Positions 26,801 through 46,401 are shown, numbered from the whole stretch's first letter. The stretch is DNA of 62,454 nucleotides, filler included, from Streblomastix strix (GCA_008636045.1; 3 parts of 3 records of this genome joined end to end with filler, not necessarily neighbours in it), one strand, 5' to 3'. Numbers and translations: made by a program. The notes: a model not told the origin generated them from the sequence alone.

Positions 26801-29800
26801 TTCAAATTCAAGATTATTAACTCAAAAATCTCTTCCATTGTCTCCATAATTACAGGAACATAAATAATTATAATATAATAATAAGACATATTATGTTCTA
26901 AAAGATTCTTTCATTGAAACATAGAAAATGTTTACAAATAGCAATTTTATTAAATAAATAGTAGAAATTGATTAGTAGACAATTTCAGATGAACAAATTG
27001 AATTAATGTTGCCTTATTTTGATATGCCAGATTTTAATGCATAAACTATTGGAAGAGTAAGTTCATCTGTATTAAATATATTCAACTTCATTCAATCATT
27101 AATATAAATGAAATAAGTTAGATATAAATTAATATTTAATCTTTGGTAATTCTCTAATTAAGAAAAAGATATTTAGAATTAATTAAATAAATTATAATAG
27201 TTCAAATAAATAATTTTATAAATAAAAGTAGAATTAGAATAATTGATAAGCGAAATGAACCAATTAGCCAATGTGTATATGCCTGCTTCGAATGAAAATG
27301 AAGATTAGGAAGAAGAGAATGAAAAGGAAATTGATACAAATGATGAATAATACGAAAGAAAATTGTTTAATCCAATCTAAATTTCAGAGAACTTAATTTA
27401 TCCTCAATTATTTATATCATAAATAATTTTGCAATGGAGAAATCAATTATGGGAAGTTTAAGAGAATATTTTATGTTGCCGCGGAGATTCGGTTTTAACT
27501 TCTGCATTTCTAAATTTCAATGGATTTGTTCCTGTTGAAGAATGGGTATTCATTTTTAGAAAGATAAGATTATTACTGAAAAATGCTGGAATAAAGTATT
27601 CTTCTGTTGAAAATGATGATGAAGAAGAAAATAAATAAAAATAAGTAGATTCAAACAATAATAAAAGAAATGTATATGTGAAAGATGAATAATCAAAAGA
27701 ATAAAGTTTAATCATAAAAGATGAATAATAAAAAATCAATAATATGAAGACCGAAATAATTAATGAATTTAAATAATTAAAACAGCATTAATTCATTACT
27801 GGAGCACTTGATGTCTAAGAAGATGGATAGGTATCATATTCAGACAATATAATATTAAATTACATACAATTTATATCTCCTCTCTTTATTCCAATTTGGA
27901 GTGTCATGCATGGGCCTTCATTATTGTTGCAGTAATTATACGAACAATTATCTTCAGATGAATAATCAATATTATTAAGTTGTGGAAGTTCATTATTGCA
28001 ATAAGGTAAAACAATAATAATAATTGATCCTGTTGGTACTGCTGAATAATGGATAATTAATAAATTAAGATTATATTCACCAATTTGTATTTCTTCAATA
28101 GTTTCATAAAGATTAAATTAAACAGTAATTGATTCTTTATTGTCTGGATATCCTCTTCTCATTGAATATATTGATTTGTAAAATGAATTAAATTATTTAT
28201 AATACTAAAACATAATCGCTTTATTAGATACTTTATCTTAAATTGAAATTTAATAGTCAATGAAACCAATTTGTTTATTTGGATAAAATATTGATGTTAA
28301 ACCAGGATTCAGATTAATTTTATTTATTAAAGACAATACTTCTTTGATTCCAAAGATTCATAAATCAATTACAGACACTATGCTATATAAGAACTCTATT
28401 ATTTTTAACTGGACACCATTTGGAATTGGAAAAATATTTCATTAATAATTAATTTATACTATTTTAGCACCTGGAATAATTCCTGGAATTATGCAATATA
28501 GAAAATCAATAATTTAATAAATTGGACAGTTGAAAGAGTAAATAGATAATGATTGGAAAGATTTTGAATTATTAATATTATAAACACACAATTAAATAGC
28601 ATTATAGTTTATTGTACAAACAATAAAAATAATTAATTCATTGGAACAAAACGAATAGAAAATCAAACAATTATTAATAATATTAATAAAATCAGAAGAA
28701 GATATTCAAATGGTTTCTCCACTTGCATGTTTAGTTGAAGATATTCATTCATCAATAAAAGCTATGCAAAACTAATATGTAATGTAATTGTTTCCATCTT
28801 CATCATTGTCAAATATAATTTACTCTTCCATATCTTAATTTGCATTACCTTCTTCTTAATAAATATTTGGATATTTATAATTTTCTATTAGAAAGGCTAT
28901 TAATGATATGGAAATAAGTAAAAGGGAAATAAATGAAGTTATGAAAATTATGAAAATAAAATAATATAAAGATGATGAATAAGAAATTAATTAATTGTAA
29001 TAATTTAAACAGGATAAAAACAATAACGAAATTGTTGATAATGATTTTACTTAAATTTATGAATAATAAAAACCTAGAAATTTTTCAACTGCAATAATTT
29101 AGTCATTATTTTAATTAATTCCTTTTCATTTTATTTAAAAGTTGATAAGATCTGTATCAAATTTATTTATTAATAGAATATCACTTTCAATCATGACTTC
29201 ATATTCTGATTAATTAGGAAATGGATTAATGAAATACTAAAGACAATTATTTCTATTCTTATTATCATTTAATTAATAACAAAGATATGAATTAGAATTT
29301 TCTTAGAGAATTGCTTGTTAAGATTATAAATAAGAATAATTAAAATAAGAAAATTTATAATTTAATTCTATTAATTAGCATAAAAATAGTAATAATAATA
29401 ATGAAAAGTTATAATATTAAAAAAATAATGGAAATTAAATTTAAATTCAAAATTCAAATCAGGAAAATAATTAATGTATAAAAAATACTTAATTTGAATA
29501 AATTGAAAGAAAAAAACTAAATGATTTTGAGTAAATTAATTCACTGATTTAATAATTATTGTAATAAAGAGATAAAATTGTTCTTTGGAGAGATATTTCA
29601 TCATCTACTTAAATATTAATACAATCGAACAGTAATTTTTCATCTTCTAAATAGTTGAAATATGCAAATAAATATATTTAAAACATATCATAGAATAAAA
29701 TTGACATTTTATTGGATAAAATTGATTTGATTAAAATGAAATAATAATCTTCCTAATTATAAAATGAAATAAATAAAATGAAAATAGAAAATTAATTAAA

Positions 29801-32800
29801 TTATATTGAATTTACTTCTTTACTTTCTAGAAATGTCATTGATAATAATAGTTAATAGCAAAAATAAGACTATAAATAAATAAAACCATTAATAAATTAA
29901 AACTCAGTTTCAAATGTAATTAAGATAGAATAACAATAAAATAAATAACAATTAATATAGTAGGAAAAAATAAACTAAGATTCAAAATTATAACCGGTTT
30001 CAACTCTTCATACAATATCAATTTTGTCTTCTTAATATCCATTATAAAATATTTTATCAATTTTTGAAAGATTTGACAAAGAATTTTTTGGAGACAATTA
30101 AAAACTACCAACATTAATCAAAAACAATCTTTTCCCTTAAAAATAATATTTAATTATTGACAGAGAATAAATTAATGAGTAAAATGCTTAATAATAAATA
30201 TAGCAGCGAAGTTTTAATGGTTTATTTATTAATAATTTATAAGTTTGGCTCAAATGGGTTTAATAATCCAATTAATAAATCCCAGATTAATTATAATAAT
30301 TACTTTCTCCATATGAGTAAATGATTGTAATAAGACAAATATTTCCCTTCAAATTAAATGATGGGATAAATTAATTCATCAGAAATACACTAAAATCTGT
30401 ATTTCCATCTTTTTAAACATAAGAATAATAACTAAAAGATGCAATTTCATTATCATCGAATAATTCTCCAATTTTATTATTTTCTCCATATCACTAATCT
30501 AATCATAAATATTATATTAAATAATTAATTAATTACAATTCAAATGTAAGAGAAGAAGATGTTTTAAATATTCCTTAAATAACTTCTCCATTTATTGAAT
30601 CTAAATTTCAATTTAATTTAAGACTTCCTGATAATTTATTCTTTCAATTGCCAATTACCAACTCAAATATTTAATAACATTAATTAACAAATTAACTAAT
30701 GTAAAATATTCATATTAATTATTTAAATACAATTTATGGTGATTTATTATCATCTGATTCTTATCTGCATTCTATTCTTATTCTTTCTCAAAAACTGTAG
30801 AAAGAAATACAGTAAATTATGTAAGATAAAAAAGAATAATAAAAATAAAAATAATTGAATTCATCATAAATTATATATAAATAATAAAATGAATATTAAA
30901 AGATATAAAGAAATGAAATTAATATTCTTAACAATATTGGATTAAAACATAAAATTGTTTAAAGAAGTGATGAACAACCTAAATTAGAAGATTAAAATAT
31001 TTAGAATAATGAAAATAAAGAATTAAATTGCAATTTAAAATAATAAAGGTTCCTTCCTTAGATTGGATTCAATTAATATTAATATCTATTCTATAACAAT
31101 TTTCTTCCTAAGAAGTATAAAAATATAAACACAAAATTTAATTAATAATCAAACTGTTAAAAATTAATTAATTTTATTAATTTTATTTTTAATTCAAAAA
31201 TTTATAAAATAATGAATTCCTTCTCAATTTAATAATTTCATATCTCTCCAAATTCATTCTGTATGAGTTAAGTTGGAAATATAATTGATAATATTATTAT
31301 TGAATAAGAAGAAATAATGAGTGAAAAAATTAATAGGATTAATAATAAGATATTAAATATGAAATTATAAAATGGATAATAAATTTATTTATAGGAAAAT
31401 TAAGAATTAATAATATAATAAAATTTATCTAATGTAATAAACTGTCAGATTAAAAATACAAATATTATAAAATAAATTAACATAAATAATTCTCAACTAA
31501 CATAATATTAAGATATTGAATAATCAAAATCACACAAATATAAAAACATTGGATTAAAATGCTAAATGGATTCTGATTTACTATAACGATGGAAAATATT
31601 CATTTATTAAAAATAAATTCTTGGATAAAAGAGAAAATGGAATTTGAATGGAAAGAATATGGATAATAAGAAGGAATATAATAATGAACTAAATGATAAA
31701 TGTGATTAAGATGAAGAAGAAATAAATGATTTTGATGAAAATTAAAATTTTGGGGCTGAGGATTAACTCAGATAAGAATTAATCATTAATAATAAAAATT
31801 ATAGCAAATTCAAATTACTTTATAATTTGAAAATTGATTAAGATATAAGTTAAAGTGAATAAAACTAAAGTTTAGAATTAAATTAATTATTTTTAGAAAA
31901 TAGCAAAATAAGTAAAGAAATTCTTTAATCTGATCGAATATATCCAATTTATCCAACGCAGAATTTTCCATCTTCTCACTTCATTCTTTCTGCTCCAACT
32001 ACACAAACATTATTTTAGTCTTTTTCATAACAAACAACACAAATAATTAACACTTAGGACGAGGAAATGAATTTGAATATTAAAAACTAATTAATCAGAA
32101 TAATATGTCAAGTCCCAGAACAAATGGAAGATATTGAATAATTAATAAATATTAACAAATTCAAATGTAAATATTGGGGATCGATTCTATTTTCATTATC
32201 CTATATATTTACAATATTGAAATTGAGATAATAAATTCTACTATTGTTTGATACAGCATTATCTGGACCTGGAGAAAGAGTCTCTAATTTCCAATACAAC
32301 CATTTAAGCCAAACTATTCCTTCTAATATTTATTGTTAAAGAACTTTCATTGAACTTATAAATATTATTAAGGACACTATTATTAAATATTTTGATAGAA
32401 AATAATATTACAATTAAACTATTTATAAGGAAAATATTCAAATTGTTGGGATAAATTATGCAAATATATAATAATATCAAGAAAGATCTGAATATATAAA
32501 TCCATTTTGGCTTTAAGAAGCAAGATCTTTATTGATTAGACATCTTTCGCGTGTTGTTTAATTTAATCAAAGAGAAGTGGCATTTATTATATAAATGTTT
32601 AGTACATATTTCATTCCTTAAGCATTTAAAAGTGGATTTAATTTCTTATTTTCATTATCATCAAATGGATTTTAGAATTTAATCAATATGAATTAAAATA
32701 AAACAATTGAAAACGATAATGAAATGAATAATGATATTAGAAATTTAAAGGATCAAATCTTCGTTTTGCCTGATTATTTAAGGAGTTAGAAATTCAATCG

Positions 32801-34841
32801 GATAGAACTTATTAAATATATTTAATCTAGTTTTCCTGAAAATATAAAATCAAATAATATTGGTTTATTAGATACAATCGTAATGATTGGCGAACTTGAA
32901 TAGTCTTCTCGATTAATTGATTAAATAAGTATTACTGTTCGTCCAGCTTTTAAATAATTACAATCCGGTTTATGGGTTAATTCAAACTAAGGATAAGGAT
33001 TAGAAAGATTTATATTCAAGTAAGAATAAGTTTAATACCTCTAATAGTGTCTTGAATAAAGAAGAAATGAAATAAGCTAAATAAATCAGTAAGAAACAAA
33101 TATAATAAATAATGAATAGCATCAAAGAATTGAAAGTTTTAAATAGGAACTTGTTAAAGGCCATTTATTAAGATTGTCTAAATAAATGAAATAAGAGTAG
33201 GAAGCTTTGAATTCTAAATTAGTTAATAGACTCGAAGAAAAATTCTTAAATAAAGCTTTTCTATTAATGTCTGAAATACCCAATTAAATTCCAGAGAAAT
33301 ATTTTGTTAAGATTAAAAATCTATTCAATTAATCTGTTTCATAATAACTAGTAAATTAGTATATACTAGAATAAATGGAATATCAAAACGCTATGTTGAC
33401 TTCAATCAGGATGAGAATAAATACCATAACTCAATGTTTATTTCCAGTTAATAATTCAATTCACTTAACACATATTCCTTATCCATCACCATTTATTGGA
33501 GATAAAAGATTATCTCTTGAATCATAAATTATTAAATTATTTCCCTTTCCTTAATACATTGGATCAAATGAAAATGATATTTCTATTTGGCTTCAAATGA
33601 GAAATTTATACTTTATTCAGATATCAGAATAATTAAACATATTCAATTATGTTATTCCACTATCATTATTTGTCGCTCCAGTTGGAATAGTGAATATATT
33701 TTAAATGATTGCATATTAGAGACATTTGAAAATCTAAGAAAGATAACGAACAATTTAATAACAGAGAAGAAGATCTCAAATTCGAGGAGAATTCAATCAA
33801 ATTAGTATATATTCTTAATCTTAAAATTTAGCTGATTAGAAAATTAATAACAAAATATTGAGCAATAATGAAATTTTAAGAAATACATAATCTTTTTAAT
33901 CATTAAACTAAAATCCACGATCGGATAATAAATAATAGAAAGATAATATCAGTATTCACACTACTTCACCATTCAACTCTCCAGAACCAATTTACACTCC
34001 AATAGAAGTAATTCAGAAAAAGAAATATTCTGAAGCTGAAGAAGAAGACAAGGTTAATCAAACTTAATTGGATCTCAAATTGAAAAATAGTGCATTTCAT
34101 TCACAAACAAATATTGAGGATGTTTTGATTGGAATATAATTCGTTGGAGTTGATCCCTCAAAAGATATTCCAGAGAATGAATTTACTCAGAGTGATATGT
34201 CTGGTGATACAATTCTTGTTTCTGGAATTTCAATGCATGGATTTGCTTGGAATTTTGTAGAACAAAAGTTTATTAATGCATCTCCTGTTGGGTTCTTACA
34301 GAAAGAAGCATCTTAATTCCCAATTTTGCGAATTTCTTTATTATTTTAAGAAAATGTTAGAAATATCAGCAATTAAAGAATAATTGATGCATCTGATTCT
34401 GTACCACTTTCTCCTTATTATCCCCCATATGACATCATTCATTCCCAAATATACTGGAAATATCTGGAGGAAATGAACAAATAAGATTAGTTATAAACAT
34501 TTTCTAAAGAAAAAATTATACTTCCATCATAAACATAATATTCAACTGTAGAATTCAATGAAAAAAATATATAAAATCTTTCAGAGGACCAAACAAATAT
34601 TCCAATGTAAAATATTAATCATGAAACAGATAAAGATATCAATTAAAAAAGAATTAGAAGGCGAACTCACATATATTCATCTTCAACCAAAGATGATTCA
34701 GATTTGGCTGTAATAGTACTTCATGATGATTTTTATGAATATGAGAAAAGTGGATGTTTCTTATTCTTTGATTTTGATGTGAATTCAATGCTAGCACGTT
34801 ATGGAAAAAGCTTTGAGAAAATTAGAATAAGTAACAGCTGA
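20881..34841 (+). CDS. Highly divergent dynein heavy chain-like protein, 5'-truncated (AAA3 lid to C-terminus), with long Q/N-rich insertions
   Basis: SPRIIRHF (~21790), LWIKTCRNVFADRL (~22290; cf. LWxHExxRVFxDRL), stalk/MTBD-like DLYFIRMFTNPHNLVKRMCDIILILL (~26625), RGDSVLTSAFLNFNGF (~27480; cf. GDxLLxxAFxxYxGPF), IIIDPVGTAEQWI (~28015), GYPLLIE, GISMHGFAWN (~34225). One intron near 23159-23242. TGA at 34839-34841. Confidence 0.8.
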
Positions 34842-35037
34842 ATACAAAACAACTGCCTTTTCATTTGTATTTATTATTTTTTTTGAAATATTGTAATTTT
34901 TTGTTATAAAATATTTTTTTATTTCTTATTTGTTAATTTTATGTAAATATCTTAATTATTACAAGATCTTTTAATTATTATAAGATCTTTTAATTATTAT
35001 ATAATGTTTTCTTTCTTTTCATCTTATTTTATATTGT

Positions 35038-35563
35038 TCACTTCTTATTTATTGATAATCTTAATTATAATTCATTATTTTCTTTGATTATTAAATTTGA
35101 TTGATCAAATTATTCATCTTCTTAATTATTATAAACAATCTAAACTTCATATACATGAATTTAGAAATTTAATTTGTAATTTTTATCTTTATGATATTAA
35201 TAAACATCATAAAGATCCAGACAAGAAAATGTGATATTTTTTTTTAATATTTCTTTCATTAATTATTGAAATGATCAGATTTATTAATTTTTTAACAGTT
35301 GGATGATTAGTTGCAAGCTAATAAGCTCCTGATGATTAGTTAAGGAAGTCGTAGAGCAAAGATCTCACACAATCATTATTCACTTCATAAAAAATAAGTT
35401 TTATGGATAATATCAAAGCCCATTAATTGTGATCTCTTATAATGAATGATCTTGTAACAATACAAAAATTTGATAAAAATATAATTTGTTAGATTTTCTC
35501 TAGCAAATAAATCAAAACTTTAAAAAAATTGCTTTTTTTATTAATTTTCAAAAGTTAATTCAT
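35038..35563 (-). CDS. Hypothetical protein (~175 aa)
   Basis: ATG-to-TGA open frame under TAR=Gln (…YEVNNDCVRSLLYDFLNQSSGAYQLATNHPTV…); no motif recognised. Confidence 0.3.
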
Positions 35564-35736
35564 GTCTAAATTTAATATTATTTTACAAAATAATTATTTA
35601 CATATATTTCAAGTAAAATAAATGCAAAATATGAAATTTTAAATGCTGGTTTAATTAAAATTAGAAAATTGCAATTTATTCAACAATTTAACACTATTAA
35701 CTCTATCTTTATATTAATTCTTAATTTTCAGAAATT

Positions 35737-40739
<5,003 letters not shown>

Positions 40740-40835
40740 AAAAAAATGTTATTTAATATTCATTCAAATATCATTTCATTGTTTCAATATATTTATAAGC
40801 CTGTTTTTGTGAAATGAAGATTGAGTTTCTTAAGT

Positions 40836-41232
40836 TCAAGCTGCTCGTCTGGCTTCACTTATAGCCACAATGTTGTCAGCTTTCAATAACACCTCATGCA
40901 GCTGTTTTCTTTCACCAGTTTTAACATAAACCTCGCAGGGGTCGCGCAGAACGAGGTTCATATATTCGTCAAATCCCTGCGTAGAGTGAAAATAATTGAG
41001 GAAAACAACAAAAGGATTATATAGATAAATGATATAAATATAATATAAAAATAAGTATACTTCAATTATGCCTTCAATTCGCATGCGCGGGTTTTCATAA
41101 AGCCAAATCTCTACACGCGTGCGCTGCGAAGAGTAAAACTATTACTGGAAGAAAAAAAATTCATACATCTTTGAAGAAAGAAAAAACTTAGTTAATTGGC
41201 TGTGTTGCTGCCCTGTTTGCTCTTCTCGACAT
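40836..41232 (-). CDS. SNRPE: Small nuclear ribonucleoprotein Sm E (3 exons)
   Basis: Spliced: MSRRANRAATQPINQVFSFFKD|RTRVEIWLYENPRMRIEGIIE|GFDEYMNLVLRDPCEVYVKTGERKQLHEVLLKADNIVAI...; Sm1/Sm2 motifs. Confidence 0.95.
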
Positions 41233-41631
41233 TTTTAAATAACCAATTAAAATCGTCTACCGAATGTAAATTGAACATTCATTCTATCAAAATAGTCAAT
41301 CTAAACAAACTATTCATAATTCATATTTTCATAACTAGTAACTCTACAATTTATTACTACAAATTTGATGTTGGTAAAAAAGACTATTGTTTGAGTGCAG
41401 TGGATAAAAAATACTGGAATAAAAGTGACACCTAAATACTATATATAGTGTATAAATGAAGTCCTGCCCATTTATACACAAATAACCAATCAAATCTAAG
41501 ACTTATATCGGAAAAAAGAAAAGAAAGAAGAAAACTAGAAGATTCAATTTGGAATGATCAATTCCATTCAACCAACTTTACACTGTTATTCATTTATAGA
41601 GGCGGAGTTTTAATTGGTGCCGGAGAAGTCA

Positions 41632-41731
41632 NNNNNNNNNNNNNNNNNNNNNNNNNNNNNNNNNNNNNNNNNNNNTTAATTAATTAANNNNNNNNNNNNN
41701 NNNNNNNNNNNNNNNNNNNNNNNNNNNNNNN
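41632..41731. other. Artificial contig-joining linker
   Basis: N44-TTAATTAATTAA-N44. Confidence 0.97.
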
Positions 41732-41922
41732 TAAGCGATAATGAAAAATATATGAATAAACTATACAATGATAATAACCATGAGTACGAAAGAATCTATA
41801 ATTAAAGAAAAGAAGAATTAAATAATGTAAATACAAAAATAACAAAAATAAAATAGTTCCTACTAATTGAAGCAACAGACGAAGATAAACAAATATATAA
41901 TTAGTTTGTATAAGAAGCATGA
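41732..41922 (+). CDS. Element hypothetical protein, 3' end (coiled-coil-like)
   Basis: ...YERIYNQRKEELNNVNTKITKIKQFLLIEATDEDKQIYNQFVQEA-TGA. Confidence 0.5.
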
Positions 41923-41956
41923 TACAAGTTGTTTTGAGAATATTACTAATTGTAAA

Positions 41957-42211
41957 TCATAACGCCGAAAGAATCGACAGATAATTAATGTAGTTGATTA
42001 TTTCATTACATTTATCTGAATGTATTAGTTCTGTATTATCATTATATTTATTTTTAATATCTTAAATCATTTGTTCATCAACGTCATTAATTGGCTTGGT
42101 TAATGCTTCAAAGATATGGTAAATTTCATTATCCGATGCGTTAATCTTTTTTCCTATTTACTGAGCAACTGTTAGTAATTAATCCAATTCATTAGGATTT
42201 GACGTAATCAT
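41957..42211 (-). CDS. Element hypothetical protein (84 aa)
   Basis: TAAAATG start; MITSNPNELDQLLTVAQQIGKKINASDNEIYHIFEAL...YLSILSAL-TGA. Confidence 0.6.
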
Positions 42212-42260
42212 TTTAAATAAACATAATAATAATATTATTTTTTTTTAATATAGTTTAAAA

Positions 42261-42700
42261 ATGGATTCTTTAAAATGTATAGATAAACAAATATTTGATA
42301 ATTAACAATACAAATAAGGCATAATAAATTGTAATAAAAAAAAGATATAGATGGATATTTGAGAAAATAATTTAGATTCTCAGTATATTTAGACAAATTT
42401 GCATCAATATTAAGGTAGTAAATAGAACCAATAGAAGAAAATATATATTATCTTAAAGGACTTATTAAGTCTGTTAAGATGCCTAAATTAATGTTTCCAG
42501 AAGGATAATTATCAATTGAAGATGATAAAAATAAACGAGAAGAATTACTTATACTATATAACTAATAATTATAATAAGCTACATAATAATTATATGGCTT
42601 ATAATCAGATTTTAGAATAATAGAGTAATATGAATAACAGAATGTATGTAATAACCTTAGTGGAAAAACTAATCCATTTACTATTTTGGATTATTAATGA
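42261..42700 (+). pseudogene. Element hypothetical protein with a frameshift in an A8 run
   Basis: MDSLKCIDKQIF... hits TGA at 42360, but the -1 frame from 42344 continues DIDGYLRKQFRFSVYLDKF...NPFTILDYQ-TGA (42698-42700). Confidence 0.55.
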
Positions 42701-42710
42701 GATTATTTTT

Positions 42711-44721
42711 TCAAATTACACGACCATTAAAAGTTAATGTGTTTCAATCTGCTGATATTTATAAGCCTCTATTATTATCGCCTGCTTAAGATGATACAAC
42801 TATTACAAAACTTTGAGGATTATTTGTTGAACTACTTGGTGATGTAAAAATAGACCATTAGCCATCAATAGCTCCAACGGTTGATGTTCTACTACATCCT
42901 AACTAAATTGAAGAATTACCTGTACTTGTTGGATCAGCTCTTGATATTCTCAATCCATCATCATATCCAACAGCTTTGAGGTTAATTTATATATTACCTA
43001 AATTCACTTTACCATAGAAATTTAATACATTACCATATTAATTTATTTGTAATCCACTACTCGATCCCTCTTATCCTGCTTTAACGATAGTAAATCCAAG
43101 AGGATTAACTGTGTTATTACCTGTTGAACCAATTAACCATTAATTATCAATATATCCATCAATAGAATAAGGATCAGCTCCAAATTATATATTACTCCAT
43201 GAATTTGTTGGGTTTCTACTTATTCTAATACCTTCATTAAATGTACCATTAATTATAGGATAAATTTACATAATTGTAATAAATGAATTAGGAAATAATT
43301 ATTAAATAACACTATAATCCTCAGGTAATGCCTCCTATCCATCTGTCGTTAATATATCAGTAATATTACCCTAAAAAGCACTTACGCTTGATTCGAATAT
43401 ATATGAATTGTAAGTATATTCATCAATTTTACACCATAATTCACCATATCTATCAACTCCATCATTAAAGTATAAAATCCATGCGCTATTAATACCTGTG
43501 GCTAATGTTGGAATAAATAAATACTAATACCTACTAATACCTTAATCATTAGTCCTATGTTAATTAAACTATATTTATCCAAATCCTATCCTAGTACTTA
43601 CTTCAAATTTAATAGAATTATCGGTATTGGAATTTACAGCTAAAATCGTACATAATTTAACATATTATCCTGGGTCAATTTCTGTAAATGATCTGCCTGC
43701 TATAGATGATTATTTAGTTGATCCATCAGCTAGTAATATGTCATTTGATGTGCCCCCAGTCTTAATAAATTTAGTAGCTGTAATATTCTCAATCATAATT
43801 TAATTACTATGGATGTACATGGTCATTTCTATAATATTAATCACTCGTACTATTAACCGCAACAGTAGCATTTACTAACGGAACATTCACACTACTTGGA
43901 TCAACATTTAATGGATGTTAATGTTTTGTACTAGCATATACACTTGACGTACCAGCAGTTCCAGTTCCTGTATCTTTAAGTGGTATATCACTACTTAGAT
44001 TTACATGATGAGTATGATCGGATCTAGCAAAAGTATTTGCAACACCATCTTCACCATTTATTGTATCTTTAGATGGAAAGACAGAAGAAACTTATAAAGA
44101 AAGTTAATGGTCTCCTCTAGCATAATCGGTTTATATTCCTGCTACACCTGCTCCACTATCAACTGATGGGGTGTTATCACTTGCTGGTGTTACTTAATCT
44201 GGTACTATCTAATCTGTTTCAATCCAACTTACTTAATATATCCATACTAGTAAATCCTATGCACTATAAGCGTAATCACCCATAGCACTAGATTGTAAAG
44301 CTAGTATCTCATCATTCGTTGCTAAATATCCTCTGAAATATGTCTATCTCGATAACTCTTAATTTATTACTTGTACAGCTGCTTATAACTAACAAATATC
44401 TTAAATACTTGTATTTATCTATTATTATATCTGATATACTTGTTATTCTAACTAAGTTATTTTTTAAAGAAAGTCGTTGTTCAATAGTTATAGATTATTT
44501 ACTATTAACAAACCTTGTGGAGTTAGTTTCACTGCTTAGTCTGAGGGATTATTTTTTTAACAATATATCAAGTTATTTTAATCGTATATAATCAAATTAT
44601 ATTCATTGCTTTGTGTAATGCTACTAGATATATTTTTCTTTGAATATTACATGTTATAACTTATATCAGAATGTATAAGTCGTTTTATTACTGAAAGTTG
44701 TTACTGGGTTAATGATTACAT
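42711..44721 (-). pseudogene. Tail-fibre-like protein gene (~670 codons), disrupted
   Basis: N-terminal coiled coil; repeats YARGDHQ, FARSDHTH, YASTKHQHP, YRNDHVHP; then ATKFIKTGGTSNDILLADGSTK; two EGIRISR/DGLRISR...QW..G beta repeats; ends RGLQISAD*NTLTFNGRVI. Frame break at ~43791 and internal TGA at 42744-42746. Confidence 0.7.
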
Positions 44722-44736
44722 TTTAAATAAAAATAA

Positions 44737-45135
44737 ATGAACGTTATATCGTTAATTATAACAATTATCAATTACATTTTTTATGGTGCAAACTTCTTGT
44801 TATCAGTAATCAGCCTATCCATTCCTTCTGAAGCATTGAACTTGATTAATATATTTAAAAAATTATGGAGTTATATTGATGTTATAGTTATACCTATAAG
44901 TATTGTATTGTATATTGTAAAATTCTTTTATCATAGAAAAATGGAACATTAGCTTGGAACCAAGGACGGAGATAGTGGAAATGATGTTGTTAAAAATTAA
45001 TGGAATCAGCTTACAATTGACGAGTTGTATTAGTTAGTACAGATAACAATGGATGAAAAAGATTTAAAGTTAGCAAAACATTATCGTTACCTAATTACTT
45101 TGAAACTAATAAATAAATAACAAATAGTTCCTTGA
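44737..45135 (+). CDS. Element membrane protein (132 aa, two hydrophobic N-terminal segments)
   Basis: Track ORF 44737-44952 extends through TAG to TGA 45133-45135; segments VISLIITIINYIFYGANFLLSVISLSI and YIDVIVIPISIVLYIV. Confidence 0.65.
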
Positions 45136-45177
45136 ACATTTTTTTTCAAAAAAGTTTGATTTTATTTTTATGATTAA

Positions 45178-46239
45178 ATGAGTTCCTAAGAAATTAATCA
45201 TATACAGTTCGATGATTATAGCATGTTAGAAGAATACAAAACAAAACCACTGACTTCAAAATCAATCTTTGTTATTAATGGAAACCACTATATAGTTGGA
45301 GCTGTTGGAAGTGGCAAAACAACTTTATTATCTAAACTAATAATATTATACAAACATATTATTAATCCTTACATGTTATACTTCTCTAATCTAGGACCAG
45401 ACGAAACCATGGCAATTAATATGAATGATAAAGGAGTTCAACTAACAAATATGACATACAATGAAGCTATGATTTTCTTACCTTAATATGGTGAATTGAA
45501 ATATAAAGTTAAAGAGATATACACGTACAATAAGTTAAAGTAAATGAATATACGTTATAACAGTGATTTCATAAAAAGACTCAAAAAAGAAATGTATGAT
45601 TTTAATGAGTTAAAAAAAGATGAGTTCTATTAATAGTTTACAAATAGAATGAAAGAAGTGTTCAAAGTTAATTGTATTGAAACTATTAACACATACAGCT
45701 AACCAACCAAAATATCACGTTTTTCTATTCCTCCGCTTATATAACACGTTGCATATGATAAGAGACTAAAAATAGTTGATACTCCAGTTAGTCGTAAGCC
45801 TACGGCTACTCATGAGATATATGAAGATGGTGTTGAGATAATCAAGACACTAAAACTACCTGTACAATCGAATGCTAAATTGTTATCTACACTAATGATA
45901 TTTGACGATATTGGTTCTAATACAGATATTCAACGATATACCTCTGAGTTATCACGTACAATAACTCACTTAGTCAGCGATAGTAGACACGCCAAAAACA
46001 CATTATTCTTAGTAGCATAAAGACCTAGTTATCTTTTTAAAACTGCTAGAATATTATGCCATGTAATAGTCATAGGGTCTGGGACATCAGACATTGATTT
46101 AAAACAAGTATATGAAGAAAACCACATCAACACATTGACGGAGTAAGAACTAATGATAATATACAACACATTAAATAAGTATGAGTTTATTATCATTAAT
46201 AAGTATTAAAATAGATTTGAAATTATTCGTTAGCTGTGA
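45178..46239 (+). CDS. A32-like (FtsK/HerA superfamily) genome-packaging ATPase, 353 aa, intact
   Basis: Walker A HYIVGAVGSGKTT, Walker B LMIFDDIG, then SDSRHAKNTLFLVAQRPSYLFKTAR (RH...hhhhxQ...R pattern of A32/Polinton/virophage ATPases). Intronless; ATG 45178, TGA 46237-46239. Confidence 0.85.
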
Positions 46240-46260
46240 TATATTTTTATTTTTAAATAA

Positions 46261-46401
46261 ATGATTTGGGAGATATTAAGTTGTATTTCATTAATGGTTA
46301 TAGCTCTTAACAATCTACTATGTTGTATATTAACGATATAATAAATAAAAATAGATAATGAAGAGATTAGTGATGAAGTAATAAATTCACTTTACTCTTG
46401 A
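46261..46401 (+). CDS. Small single-TM protein (46 aa)
   Basis: TAAATG start; MIWEILSCISLMVIALNNLLCCILTIQQIKIDNEEISDEVINSLYS-TGA. Confidence 0.45.

Noticed and set aside
45136..46260. TTTTTNT poxvirus-like early terminators after element genes
   Set aside because: Expected often by chance in such AT-rich spacers; unsupported without statistics
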